A DNA stretch of 64,000 bases from an uncultured Chloroflexia bacterium (GCA_963819655.1 CAWFXA010000002.1:1-64000), one strand, 5' to 3'; positions 45,899 through 55,827 are shown, counted from the stretch's first letter. Notes: generated by a model not told the origin, from the sequence alone. Numbers and translations: made by a program.

Positions 45899-46426
45899 TT
45901 AGCCAACCGAGGACCGAAGGGCCGATAACGCCACCTCGATGACGACGTCGAGCGGCGGCCTGACATCGATGACCACGCCACGCTCGTCGGGCTGCAGCGG
46001 CTCGAGCGTCGCAACCTGCGACTCGAGCAGGCTCACCGGCATGAAATGACCCATCCGCTCCGCCATCCGCTCTCGGAGCGTCTCGATATCGGCATCGAGC
46101 TGGATCACGAATGACTCGTCGTTCGGGACCCTCGATCGCAGGATGTCCCGGTACGAGCGTCTGAGCGCAGAGCACGCGAGTACAGTGCCGACGCCGGCCA
46201 CGTGACGCACGCCGACCAGCCCCGCCAGGGTCTCGAGCCATGGTCGCCGGTCCTCGTCCGTCAGTGGGATGCCGGTCGCCATCCTCTCGATGTTTGCGAG
46301 CGGGTGGTAGTCGTCGCCTTCGATCATCTCGAAGCCGAGTGCTTCGCCGAGCGCCGACGCGACCGACGATTTGCCGCTCCCCGCGACCCCCATGACGATC
46401 AGGTGACCGGCACATCGCGGTCGCAT
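45899..46426 (-). CDS. gntK: Gluconokinase (GntK/IdnK type)
   Basis: IVMGVAGSGKS, EGDDYHP, GIPLTDEDRRPWL, ACSALRRSYRDIL, HFMPVSLLESQ. Confidence 0.9.
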   Translation of the reverse strand: MRPRCAGHLIVMGVAGSGKSSVASALGEALGFEMIEGDDYHPLANIERMATGIPLTDEDRRPWLETLAGLVGVRHVAGVGTVLACSALRRSYRDILRSRVPNDESFVIQLDADIETLRERMAERMGHFMPVSLLESQVATLEPLQPDERGVVIDVRPPLDVVIEVALSALRSSVG

Positions 46427-46639
46427 CACGGATCGGCCGGCGGAGGAGGGTCCGTTCCCGTCAGGAACGGATCTCGAATGAACGAGCGTGGTCGATGGCC
46501 AGATCTGACACTTTCTGTCGGGACCACACGGTGACAGTGCACGTTCATGGCGATCTTGTTCCCGGGAGGAACGCGGGCCGAGCCTGCCGCGCCGCGTCGG
46601 GGCAGGCACGAAGTACGGGCAGTTCCCGCGGACAAGCGA

Positions 46640-47620
46640 TCACGCCGGCGGCGGCACCTCGGTGGGGAGCTGCTCGCCGCGCACACCCGCGACCAGGTTC
46701 GCCGCGGCCATCGCCGCCATCTTGCCGCGGGTCGCCCGCGACGCGGAGGCGATGTGCGGCACGATCAGGCAGTTGTCGAGCTCGACGAGCGGGTCGTCCA
46801 TCGGGATCGGCTCCGGGTCGGTGACATCGAGGCCGGCCGCCCAGATCACGCCGTCGCGCAGCGCAGCCGCGAGGGCTGCCTGGTCCACAACGGGTCCCCG
46901 CGACGTGTTCACGAGTACCGCTGTCGGATTCATCATCGCGAGCGTCTCGGCGTTGATCATGTGGCGGGTCACCGGGGAGAGGTTCACGTGGAGCGACACG
47001 AAATCGCTCCGCGGCAGGAGCTCCTCGAGTGGCAGGTAGGACGCCCCCAGCGGATCAGTCACCGACGACGGCAGCGGCTGGAGGTCGTGGTACAGGATTT
47101 CCATCCCGAACCCCTGCGCCCGCCGCGCGACCGCCTGGCCGATCCGCCCGAACCCGACGATACCGATCGTCGCCCCATGTACGTCCGGCCCGAGCAACAA
47201 AAGCGGCCCCCACGTCTTCCACGAGCCCGCACGCACGTATCGATCGGCCTCCGGCAACCGCCGCGCCGCCGCCATGAGCAGGGCCCAGGCGAGATCCGCG
47301 GTGGTCTCGGTCAGAACGCCCGGCGTGTTGCCGACGGGGATGCCGCGCCGCGCGCACGCCGCGACATCGATGTTGTCGAAGCCGACCGCGTAATTGCTCA
47401 CGACCTTGAGCTGCGGCCCCGCAGCGTCGAGGAATTCGTCGTCGACCTTGTCGGTGAGCAGGGTCAGGACGCCATCGGCCCCCGCGACCCGCCGCAGCAG
47501 CTCGTCCCGTGGCGGCGGCAGCTCGTCCTCCCAGAGGTCCATGTCGCACGCCGCGCGCACGGCAGCGAGTCCCTCCTCGGGGATCCGTCGCCCGACGAAG
47601 ACCTTCGGCCGGTCAGCCAC
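46640..47620 (-). CDS. D-glycerate dehydrogenase / glyoxylate reductase
   Basis: YAVGFDNID, NTPGVLTETTAD, GIVGFGRIG, NTSRG, AGLDVTDPEP, PHIASA. Confidence 0.92.
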   Translation of the reverse strand: MADRPKVFVGRRIPEEGLAAVRAACDMDLWEDELPPPRDELLRRVAGADGVLTLLTDKVDDEFLDAAGPQLKVVSNYAVGFDNIDVAACARRGIPVGNTPGVLTETTADLAWALLMAAARRLPEADRYVRAGSWKTWGPLLLLGPDVHGATIGIVGFGRIGQAVARRAQGFGMEILYHDLQPLPSSVTDPLGASYLPLEELLPRSDFVSLHVNLSPVTRHMINAETLAMMNPTAVLVNTSRGPVVDQAALAAALRDGVIWAAGLDVTDPEPIPMDDPLVELDNCLIVPHIASASRATRGKMAAMAAANLVAGVRGEQLPTEVPPPA

Positions 47621-47628
47621 GGCTGTCG

Positions 47629-48822
47629 TCAGCCACGGCCGAGGCCGGCCACGAACCGGCCCATCCGAGCCAGAGCCTCGGTCAGGTTCTCCCGCGAGTT
47701 GGCGTACGAGATCCGGATGTGCTCGGTGCCAACGCCGCCGAACGCGGTCCCGGCCAGGACGCACACGTCGTGGTCCACGAGGAGCCGCTCCGCAAATTCG
47801 GCTCCGGACAAGCCCGTGCCCGAGACGTCCGGAAAGGCGTAGAAGGCCCCGAGCGGCGTGGCGCAGCGGATCCCCTCGATCTCATTGAGCCCTTCGACGA
47901 TCAGATCGCGCCGGGCCTTGAACTCGACGACCATCGCCTCCACGTCGTCCTGCGGCCCGACGAGGGCCTGGACCGCACCGACCTGTACGAACGTCGGTGC
48001 GCACGAGATCGTGTTGATGACGAGCTCGGCGTACGTCGGGATGAGCGATTCGGGCACGACCGCGTAGCCGAGCCGCCAACCGGTCATCGCGAAGGTCTTG
48101 GAGAACCCGTCGAGCACGATCGTGCGATCGGCCATGCCCGGCAGCGACGCGATCGAGACGTGCTCCTCGCCGTCATACAGGATGCGGCCGTAGATCTCGT
48201 CGGTCATGACCCACAGGTCGTGCTCCTGGGCGAGCTCGGCGATCCGCTCGAGGTCGGAGCGGGTCAGGACACCGCCGGTCGGGTTGGCCGGCGAGTTGAT
48301 GATCAGCAGTTTCGTCCGCGGCGTGATGAGCGAGGCAAGCTCCTCGACATCGAGCCGGAACGCGTTCTCCATCCGGATCGGGATCGGGACCGGCGTGGCG
48401 CCGACGAACCGCGTCAGCGACTCGTAGATCGGGTACCCCGGGTCGGGCACGATCACCTCGTCGCCCGGATCGATCAGGCCGAGGATCGCGTACAGCATCA
48501 CGCCCTTGCCGCCGACCGTGACGAACACCTGCGACGGGTCGGCCGGGAAACCCTTGCGCGCGGTCACGTCGTCCGCGATCGCCCGGCGCAGTTCGGGGAT
48601 GCCGGGGAACGGTGCGTAGTGCGTCGCTCCGTCGTCGAGCGCCCGTTTGGCCGCCTCGCGGACGTGTGCGGGTGTGTCGAAATCGGGCTCGCCGATCTGC
48701 AGGTGGATCATCGGTCGCCCGTCGGCCTCGAGCGCGCGGGCACGAGCGCTGACGGCGAACGCGCCCTCGGTACCGATCATGCTCATCCGGGCGGCGACGC
48801 TGCGGACTGACGAGACAGACAT
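47629..48822 (-). CDS. Class I/II PLP aminotransferase (aspartate aminotransferase-like)
   Basis: IGEPDFDTP, NSPANPTG, DEIY, GFSKTFAMTGWRLGY, GAFYAFP. Confidence 0.92.
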   Translation of the reverse strand: MSVSSVRSVAARMSMIGTEGAFAVSARARALEADGRPMIHLQIGEPDFDTPAHVREAAKRALDDGATHYAPFPGIPELRRAIADDVTARKGFPADPSQVFVTVGGKGVMLYAILGLIDPGDEVIVPDPGYPIYESLTRFVGATPVPIPIRMENAFRLDVEELASLITPRTKLLIINSPANPTGGVLTRSDLERIAELAQEHDLWVMTDEIYGRILYDGEEHVSIASLPGMADRTIVLDGFSKTFAMTGWRLGYAVVPESLIPTYAELVINTISCAPTFVQVGAVQALVGPQDDVEAMVVEFKARRDLIVEGLNEIEGIRCATPLGAFYAFPDVSGTGLSGAEFAERLLVDHDVCVLAGTAFGGVGTEHIRISYANSRENLTEALARMGRFVAGLGRG

Positions 48823-48839
48823 CGGGTGGACCTCCCGGG

Positions 48840-49757
48840 CTATGGCAGCAGTGAGCGGAGCGCGAAGGCGACGTTGGCGGGTCGTTCGGCCAGCCGGCGC
48901 ATGTACCACGGGTACCAGGCCTCACCGTAGGCGATGAGCGTCTGGACGCGATAGCCGGCCTTGGCGAGTCGATATTGCTCCCGCGCGCGGATCCCGTACA
49001 GCATCTCCACCTCGAACCCATCCTTGGGGACACCGGCCGGGTCGACCTGCTCGGCGATCTGCTCGATGAGCGCCACGTCGTGCGTCCCGAGCCCGAGCCG
49101 GATCGGCTGGCCGCGCCCGGTCTTGAGGAAGTCGACAGCGAGGGCGAGATAGCTGGCGTCGACCTGGCGCTTGTCGCGATACGCGATCGACTCCGGTTCG
49201 TCGTACGCGCCCTTGACGAGGCGGATCGCCGGGTGGAGCGGACGGAGACGCTCGACGTCCGAGGGCGTGCGCTTGAGGTACGCCTGAAGGCAGATCCCCG
49301 TCCTGGGCTGGACCGCGCGCAGTCGCTCGTAGAGCGAGATCGTCGCCTCGACGTAGTCGCTGCCTTCCATGTCGATCCAGAGATACGAGCCGATCGCCGC
49401 GGCCTTCTCGGCCAGGCGCGTGAGGTGGGCGAGCGTCCGGTCCGGGTCGTGATCGAGCCCGAGCTGGGTCGGCTTGACCGACACCTCCCCGCGATAGCCT
49501 CGAGCCGCGATCGCATCGAAGACCGCGACGTAGTGGTCGGCGACGGCGTCGGCCTCGTCCAGGCTGGCGAGGTTCTCGCCGAGTCGCGTGTACATCGTCC
49601 CGATGCCCGCCGCCTCGAGCGGCGCGGCGGCGTCGAGTGCCGACTCGAGGGTCTCGCCCGGCATGAACTTCCGGACAGCCCGCTTCATGAATCGGAACTG
49701 CGGGAGCCGGGTCTTGAGCCAGCTATTGCGGGCCGCCCACAGGAAAACGCGGCGCAT
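48840..49757 (-). CDS. Monofunctional proline dehydrogenase
   Basis: FMPGET, LGE, SVKPTQLG, IDMEGS, QAYLKR, RLVKGAY, THD, EMLYGIR, YMRRLAERPAN. Confidence 0.93.
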   Translation of the reverse strand: MRRVFLWAARNSWLKTRLPQFRFMKRAVRKFMPGETLESALDAAAPLEAAGIGTMYTRLGENLASLDEADAVADHYVAVFDAIAARGYRGEVSVKPTQLGLDHDPDRTLAHLTRLAEKAAAIGSYLWIDMEGSDYVEATISLYERLRAVQPRTGICLQAYLKRTPSDVERLRPLHPAIRLVKGAYDEPESIAYRDKRQVDASYLALAVDFLKTGRGQPIRLGLGTHDVALIEQIAEQVDPAGVPKDGFEVEMLYGIRAREQYRLAKAGYRVQTLIAYGEAWYPWYMRRLAERPANVAFALRSLLP

Positions 49758-50527
49758 CAGGGCAGGGCCTTCACCATGCCGCCATCGACCGGCACGATGG
49801 CGCCGGTCACGTAGGAGGCCGCCGGCGACAGCATGAAAGCCCCGAAACGGCCGATCTCCGCCGGATCGCCGTAGCGCCCGAGCGGGATCCGGTCGATCAC
49901 ACTCTGGCGGACCGCCTCCTGGGTCAACCCGGTGCGGGCCGCGGTGACTACCTCCACCTCGATGGCCCGGGGAGTCTGGATCCGTCCGGGTGTGAGGCCG
50001 TTGATCCGCACCGGGGCGATCTCGGCAGTCAGCGCCTTGATCAACCCGGCAAGCCCGGGGCGGATGGTGTTGGACGCCACCAGGCCGGGGATCGGCTCGC
50101 GCGCGGACGACGACAGGATCACGAGGATCGACGCTCGCTCGCTAGCGCGAAGATGTGGCAGCGCGGCGCGGATGAGGCGGACGGCGCTGAGGAGAGTGCC
50201 ATCGATCGCGTGCTGCCAGCTGGCTTCGTCCAGCTCATCGAACGTGCCGGGCGGCGGGCCGCCGGAGTTCACGAGCAGCAGGTCGAGCCCGCCAAAGGCG
50301 GCGACGACCTGGTCGACGCTGGCCGCCGGGCCGACGGGCGTGCCGAGATCGACGCCGGCCGCGATCGCGCCCCGGATGGTCGACATGGCCGCATCGAGCT
50401 TCTCGGATGGGCGAGCGGCGAGCGTCACCCGCGCTCCCTCGGCGCCGAGCGCGGTAGCGATGGCCAGGCCGATCCCGCTCGATCCACCGGTGATCAGGGC
50501 GCGCGCGCCGTCCAGACCGAGATCCAT
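49757..50527 (-). CDS. SDR family oxidoreductase (atypical, no YxxxK)
   Basis: TGGSSGIG, NSGGPPPG, SNTIR in place of YxxxK, IPLGRYG.P.E, VDGG. Confidence 0.9.
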   Translation of the reverse strand: MDLGLDGARALITGGSSGIGLAIATALGAEGARVTLAARPSEKLDAAMSTIRGAIAAGVDLGTPVGPAASVDQVVAAFGGLDLLLVNSGGPPPGTFDELDEASWQHAIDGTLLSAVRLIRAALPHLRASERASILVILSSSAREPIPGLVASNTIRPGLAGLIKALTAEIAPVRINGLTPGRIQTPRAIEVEVVTAARTGLTQEAVRQSVIDRIPLGRYGDPAEIGRFGAFMLSPAASYVTGAIVPVDGGMVKALP

Positions 50528-50635
50528 CCGAGTCCGGTTCCTCCCCGCACTGACCGCTCGATGGTACGCGAAGGCAACACCTTTACGGAGGACCAGGAGG
50601 CCATCCCTCGCCGGTCGGGCTAGAATCGCCACCGG

Positions 50636-51046
50636 ATGACCAAGTTCTTCGATATCGACGCCGCCAACGAGGCCCTGGTCGAGGTCGGGCCGCTGCTCGC
50701 CACGCTCGCCGACCAGCGCGCCGAGCTGATCCGGCTGCGCGACCGGACGCTCGCGGCGCACACGGCTGCGTCGACCGGTGGACCCGCCGGGCTCGACGAG
50801 GACGAGGCGCAACGGATCCGGCTCCGGATGCAGGGCATCGTCGATCAGATGGCCGCGGCCGTGGCGCGCATCGACGGCCTCGGCATCACGCTGCGGGACA
50901 TCGCGCGCGGGCTGATCGACTTCCCGGCTCTCGCGGGCGGCCGCCAGGTCTGGCTGTGCTGGGAGCTCGGCGAGGAGGATGTCGCGTTCTGGCACGAGCT
51001 GGACACGGGGTTCGGGTCACGCCGACCGCTTATCGAGCTCGTATGA
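50636..51046 (+). CDS. DUF2203-family protein
   Basis: FDIDAANEAL...LRDIARGLIDFPA...VWLCWELGE..VAFWHELDTGFGSRRP. Confidence 0.85.
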   Translation: MTKFFDIDAANEALVEVGPLLATLADQRAELIRLRDRTLAAHTAASTGGPAGLDEDEAQRIRLRMQGIVDQMAAAVARIDGLGITLRDIARGLIDFPALAGGRQVWLCWELGEEDVAFWHELDTGFGSRRPLIELV

Positions 51047-51462
51047 CCGAACGCCAGGTCGTGGTCGGGACCGATGGCCGCGCCAAGGCGTATCGACCCC
51101 TACCGGCAGACGCGCGCATCGCCGCGGTCCGCGCCGGTCTCGAGGCCTACGCGGCCGGCGACTACTTCGAGGCGCACGAGCTGATGGAGCCTGCCTGGAT
51201 GGGCACGGCCGACCTGGCCGAGCGATCCCTGATCCAGGGGCTGATCAAGGTGGCTGCCGCGGACGTCCATGCGGTCCGCGGCAACCCGGCCGGTGTCCGA
51301 CGGAACCTCGAAGGCGCACGCGATCGACTGCGTTCCGGGGCGACGGGATCGATCACCGGCGTGGAGCTGGACGTGGCCGGACTCCTGGCCGCGATCGACG
51401 AGCGGCTTGCCCGCTCGACCGGCCTCGAGACGCCCATCTCGATCGACTGGAGGACACGATGA
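51043..51462 (+). CDS. DUF309-family protein
   Basis: GDYFEAHELMEPAW...LIQGLIKVAAA..H..RGN; ATGA-coupled to the upstream gene. Confidence 0.85.
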   Translation: MTERQVVVGTDGRAKAYRPLPADARIAAVRAGLEAYAAGDYFEAHELMEPAWMGTADLAERSLIQGLIKVAAADVHAVRGNPAGVRRNLEGARDRLRSGATGSITGVELDVAGLLAAIDERLARSTGLETPISIDWRTR

Positions 51463-51827
51463 ACGCTGGCCCGCCGATCCCGGCGATCGATGTCGCGGAG
51501 GCCGAGCGACGCCTCCGCGAGGACCCCGATCGACCGTTGCTCGTCGACGTGCGCGAGGAGAGCGAGTTCGTCGACGTCCGGGCGCCCGGTGCGGTGTTGC
51601 TGCCGATGTCCATGTTCGCGGCACGGGCCGGGGAGCTGCCCCAGGACCGGCCTCTGATGCTCGTGTGCCATCTCGGTGGTCGATCCTCGGCGGCGGCCGG
51701 GTTCCTGATCCGGTCGGGCCGGTCCGACGTGGTCAACGTGACCGGCGGGATGGACGCCTGGGAGCGGGGCGGCCTGCCCGTTCGCCGTGGCACGCCCGAG
51801 CCGGGCGAAGGCGACCTCCCGGGCTAG
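51459..51827 (+). CDS. Single-domain rhodanese
   Basis: LVDVREESEF...PGA...CHLGGRS...GGMDAW. Confidence 0.9.
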   Translation: MNAGPPIPAIDVAEAERRLREDPDRPLLVDVREESEFVDVRAPGAVLLPMSMFAARAGELPQDRPLMLVCHLGGRSSAAAGFLIRSGRSDVVNVTGGMDAWERGGLPVRRGTPEPGEGDLPG

Positions 51828-51847
51828 ATCGGTTCGGTCCGGACGGC

Positions 51848-53311
51848 CTAGCGTACTCGGCGGACTACCCGAGAGATCATCGCGCGGGCCTGCGGCTTGT
51901 GGGCATACGCCCACCCGATGATGATCAGGAGCACGAAGGTCACCGTGCCGACGCCGGCCGCGTTGGCATACCCGAGCTGCTGCCCGATCTCACCGTCGAT
52001 CTTGAGGCCGGGGACGGTCGCGCCGAACGGGCCGAGCTGGAAGAACGGGCTCTGGGGCGACGTATTCGCACGGACGCTGGATGTCACCACGCCGGCGGCC
52101 GTCTCACCGCCGGTGATGATCACGTTCGGGCCCGTCACGAAGGAGCTGCCCCCGGTCATCCCGATGGGCAGGTCGCTGACCGGCAGGTGCTTCCACTCGG
52201 TGATCGTCCCGTCGTTCTCCGGGATCGACCAATAGAGCTCGGTCTTGGGGCCTTCGTTGTCTGCGCCGCCGACCAGGTACAGCGTCCCGTTGGCGGTCCA
52301 GCCTGCGGGATCGTCGCGAGCCGCCGGCAGGTTCCACGCATTGTCGATGTCCCACTTGACGACCTTGCCCTCGTCCGCGTTCACCGGGAACCCTTCCGGA
52401 GCCTCGAGGCCGACCGTGCCGCGTTGGACAGCCCCGACAGGGCCGGCCTCATCATGGCCGCCGTACAGCAGGACGTAATCGCCGACGATCGCGGCGATCG
52501 CGTCGGCCTGTGGCCTCGCAAGCGGGGCTTCGGTCTGCCACCCGCCGAGGACGCCCTTGACGTCGAGCAGGCTCTTGTAAGTCGTCGTAACGGGGCCATC
52601 CGGGCCTTCGCCACCGATGAGCAGCAACCCGTCGGGCGCGGCCACACCCGCAGCCCCGCCGCGCCCTTCGGGCAGGGCCAGGCTATCGACCGGCGTCCAC
52701 TCCACCAGCACGCTGGTCTGCGGGTCGGGCGTGAGCGCGTACACCGTCGTTGTCGGGGCACCCTCGGCGTCGAACCCCCCGATCACAAAGACGGTGCCTG
52801 ACACGGCCACCACGCTTGCATCGGTCCGTGGCTCGGGCAACGGCGGGCCATCCTGCCACTTGTCGAAGTTGCCGGTGCCTGACAGGTTGGCCACGAACAC
52901 GGTCGACTGCGCGGTCGTGCCGTCTGACCCGCCGATGTACAGGATCTTCGTGCCGAGCTGGATCGCGCTGCCATCGGTCCGGGGCGCCGGAAGCGCAAGC
53001 TCGGGCGGCGACGCGTGCCACGGCACGATGGCGCCACGCGGCGCCGGGCACGGGAGCGTTTCGTTCTCGGACGAACAGAAGTTGATGGGCGACCACACGA
53101 GCAGCCCGAGGTCGACCGTGCGGTTGACTGTCAGGTAATACGCCCGATCCGGGAGATAGCCGAGCAACAGGATGATGATCACGAGCCAGACGAATGCTTT
53201 GATGCTGGCCCACGTCCAGCCGTCGGCGTCGAGCAGGCCGAAGAGTGCCCGCCTCTTCGGCACGATCATCCCGGGCCCGAGGGCAGGACGCGTGGTCCCG
53301 GTGGCGCTCAT
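51848..53311 (-). CDS. Kelch-repeat beta-propeller protein with N- and C-terminal TM helices
   Basis: Repeated LP.PR...hhhhGG...W units (ILYIGG, VFVIGG, LLLIGG, VLLYGG, LYLVGG, VIITGG); ATGA overlap with the cytochrome c gene. Confidence 0.8.
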   Translation of the reverse strand: MSATGTTRPALGPGMIVPKRRALFGLLDADGWTWASIKAFVWLVIIILLLGYLPDRAYYLTVNRTVDLGLLVWSPINFCSSENETLPCPAPRGAIVPWHASPPELALPAPRTDGSAIQLGTKILYIGGSDGTTAQSTVFVANLSGTGNFDKWQDGPPLPEPRTDASVVAVSGTVFVIGGFDAEGAPTTTVYALTPDPQTSVLVEWTPVDSLALPEGRGGAAGVAAPDGLLLIGGEGPDGPVTTTYKSLLDVKGVLGGWQTEAPLARPQADAIAAIVGDYVLLYGGHDEAGPVGAVQRGTVGLEAPEGFPVNADEGKVVKWDIDNAWNLPAARDDPAGWTANGTLYLVGGADNEGPKTELYWSIPENDGTITEWKHLPVSDLPIGMTGGSSFVTGPNVIITGGETAAGVVTSSVRANTSPQSPFFQLGPFGATVPGLKIDGEIGQQLGYANAAGVGTVTFVLLIIIGWAYAHKPQARAMISRVVRRVR

Positions 53312-54384
53312 TCGGCCGTGAGGGTGCCGGTCATGTTCGGGTGGACCGAGCAGATGAACGGATAGTCACCCGCGGCGAGGGCCGGGACGTTGTAGTCCGC
53401 CTCGGCGACGCCTGTGATGATGTCGCCCCGAACGATGACCTGACCGCTGGAGTCGTTGACCTGGACGTTGTGCGCCACGCCGGTCTCGTTGTTGGCGAAA
53501 TGGATGACGAAGGCCTCGTCAGCGGGCGCGGTCACGGTGCTCTGATCGAAGGCACTGCTCGAGCTCGTCGAGATCTCGACGACCGTCGCATTCGGATCCG
53601 GCGTGGCGGCGGGCGACGTGCCAGGCGACGCACTCGCGCCGCCGGTGAGCGCGTCGAGGTAACAATCCGGGTAGGGCGTCGCCCCGGGAGCGGGCTTGTA
53701 GTTCGGGTCGCGCCAGCCCGTGAAGGTGATGACCTCACCTGTGATCGGGTCCTTCTTCGGATCGAGCAGATGCTCGTCCCGGACGATGTATGTCGTGTCG
53801 TTCGTCGCGAGCAGGAACGCGATGAGCTCCTCGATCTGGCGATAATTGAGCGGCCCCGCCGGATTGCCCTGGTCCGACCAGATCGGCATCTTGGAGAGCG
53901 GGTTGCCGCAGACATAGCGGCCACCGACGGTCAGCACGTTCCGGATGTATGCCTCGTTGAGGTGGCTGAACAGCTTCTCCTGGCTGTTGAGGGTCGGGCC
54001 CTCCCCGCCCTCGCCGTCGACCCCATGGCAGCGCGCGCAATTCGCCTCGTAGATGAGATAGCCGCGCTCGACCTTGGCGACCTGCTGGGCGTCGATCTCC
54101 ATGGCCTGACGGGCCGTCGTGAGCCCGCCCGGGGCGCCCAGCTCGTAGAACCAGTACAGCGAGACGAACAGGATGATGACGATCAGCGCGAGGAAGCCGA
54201 CCCAGCGTGCGTTGGCCGACTGGCGAACGACCTGGGCAGCCCGTTCCGGCGAGAACTCGATCCTGCGGATCGACGGTGGCGACGTGAACCGGTCGACTGG
54301 CGCGACCTCGTCCGGCGGGCGAACGGCGGGCAGGCGCTGCTCGGGCTCGTGCCCCTCGGGCTCGCGTCCGGGCGTATCGGTCAT
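53308..54384 (-). CDS. Membrane-anchored monoheme cytochrome c fused to a C-terminal cupredoxin (blue copper) domain
   Basis: TM helix, NCARCHG, KMPIW (Met ligand), Pro/Ala linker, then AHNV...YPFICSVHPNMTG type-1 Cu motif; gagggg RBS before MTDTPG. Confidence 0.9.
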   Translation of the reverse strand: MTDTPGREPEGHEPEQRLPAVRPPDEVAPVDRFTSPPSIRRIEFSPERAAQVVRQSANARWVGFLALIVIILFVSLYWFYELGAPGGLTTARQAMEIDAQQVAKVERGYLIYEANCARCHGVDGEGGEGPTLNSQEKLFSHLNEAYIRNVLTVGGRYVCGNPLSKMPIWSDQGNPAGPLNYRQIEELIAFLLATNDTTYIVRDEHLLDPKKDPITGEVITFTGWRDPNYKPAPGATPYPDCYLDALTGGASASPGTSPAATPDPNATVVEISTSSSSAFDQSTVTAPADEAFVIHFANNETGVAHNVQVNDSSGQVIVRGDIITGVAEADYNVPALAAGDYPFICSVHPNMTGTLTAE

Positions 54385-54424
54385 CGGTCCCCTCGAGCGG
54401 TCGGGTCGATCACTGGCATGCCGC

Positions 54425-55099
54425 TCAGATGCAGCCGGTCGGAGTGCGCGGCGGGATGATGCCCGGCTGCCCGAGCGCGACAGGGAGTGGCCCCAGGGTG
54501 ATCTTGCCAGTATCGATCGAGAGGGCGCCGCCGCCATCGACCGAGATGGAGAACCGGTCCATCCCGCGCGGCGCCGGGCCGTACTGCGCACCGTCGGCCT
54601 TGATCCCGAGCCGGTCGTAGCGCGACCCATGACAGGGACACTCCAGCCAGAAGTTCTTCAGGCACGGGTTGGGCTTGCAGCCCAGGTGCGGGCAGCGCTG
54701 GTAGAGGGCCCGCACATTGAGCGCCGACCCGTCGCCGCTCGTGTCCTCGCCGGCGACGAACCGTTGCTGGGCCGGGTCCTTGAGGATCACGAACGCCCTG
54801 GCCTCGGGGAAGTAGGCCGGGAAACCCTCCGCGATCGGCAGAGTGCTGTTGAGCGTCTTGACCTCGTCGAGCGTGCCGATCCGCAGGACGCCGCCGAAGC
54901 CCTTGCGGAGGGCGGGCCAGGCGAAGGCCAGCGTGCCGGCCAACGCCTCGAGGGTTCCGAGCGCGATCCCCGCCCCGAGCGCGACGCGCATCAGCCGGCG
55001 TCGGGACATGCCCTGCACCTGTTCCTTGCGCAGCGACTTGATGGCCTCGGACGTGAGGGCGGCGGGCTGGGCGGCGGGTTCGACCTGGTAATTGCTCAT
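54425..55099 (-). CDS. petC: Rieske [2Fe-2S] subunit with Tat signal
   Basis: MSRRRLMR, TM helix, CPHLGC and CPCHGSRYD, GPAPRGMD. Confidence 0.93.
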   Translation of the reverse strand: MSNYQVEPAAQPAALTSEAIKSLRKEQVQGMSRRRLMRVALGAGIALGTLEALAGTLAFAWPALRKGFGGVLRIGTLDEVKTLNSTLPIAEGFPAYFPEARAFVILKDPAQQRFVAGEDTSGDGSALNVRALYQRCPHLGCKPNPCLKNFWLECPCHGSRYDRLGIKADGAQYGPAPRGMDRFSISVDGGGALSIDTGKITLGPLPVALGQPGIIPPRTPTGCI

Positions 55100-55106
55100 G
55101 ACGGAC

Positions 55107-55709
55107 CTACAGCGAGAAGTACATGCCAGGGGCGGTCACGAACGGGATGACGAACGTGTAGCCCGGGCCACGGAAGAAGATCCCGACGAACGTCAGGACC
55201 AGGCCGAGGATGCAGAACAGCGTGAACAGGACCACCGCAGTCTTTCGCTGCGAGGGCCGCGTGACCAGGAGGTCGCCGCGATCGACATACGGGATGAATG
55301 CCGCCCCGACGAGCACGAAGGTCGGCGCGAGGACGCCTGCCACGACCGGATGCAGGTAAGCCAGAAGCTCCTGGAGTCCGAGGAAGTACCACGGCGCCTT
55401 GGCGACAGCCGGAGTGACGTTGCCGTTCGCCAGCTCTTCGAGGGGCGCGTTGATGAACAGCCCCATGAGCAGCAGGAAGATCGACATCACGCCGGCCGCC
55501 AGGAACTCGATCGACAGCAGATGCGGCCAGGTCATGACCGTGTCGTCCGGTTCCTTCTGGACGCGGACGACGGCGTCCTGCTTGACCAGCGCGAGCAGCC
55601 GATACGGCCGCGCCGACATCGGCACGCGCTGCTTGTCGATCTCGGTCCGCCGCGCCGGGTCGACGGGCAACACCTCGCGCCGCGTCGTCGGATCCTTCGT
55701 ATCCGTCAT
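55107..55709 (-). CDS. petD: Cytochrome b6/b subunit IV (C-terminal half of split cytochrome b)
   Basis: TWPHLL..EF, APLEELAN...TP...KAPWYFLGLQELL, IPYVDR...RPSQR; three TM helices. Confidence 0.88.
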   Translation of the reverse strand: MTDTKDPTTRREVLPVDPARRTEIDKQRVPMSARPYRLLALVKQDAVVRVQKEPDDTVMTWPHLLSIEFLAAGVMSIFLLLMGLFINAPLEELANGNVTPAVAKAPWYFLGLQELLAYLHPVVAGVLAPTFVLVGAAFIPYVDRGDLLVTRPSQRKTAVVLFTLFCILGLVLTFVGIFFRGPGYTFVIPFVTAPGMYFSL

Positions 55710-55827
55710 TCGAACTGCCTCGCGGGCCAATAGGAGCATTCAGCGCAAGGCGGCGACGAGCACGCGAAAGAGCGCATCTCAGGATGCGTGAGTGAGCGCG
55801 CGCAGGAGCCAACGCGGCGATGGATGC

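Noticed and set aside
45740-45900. Integrative element at tRNA-Lys
   Set aside because: No integrase and no duplicated tRNA 3' end seen.
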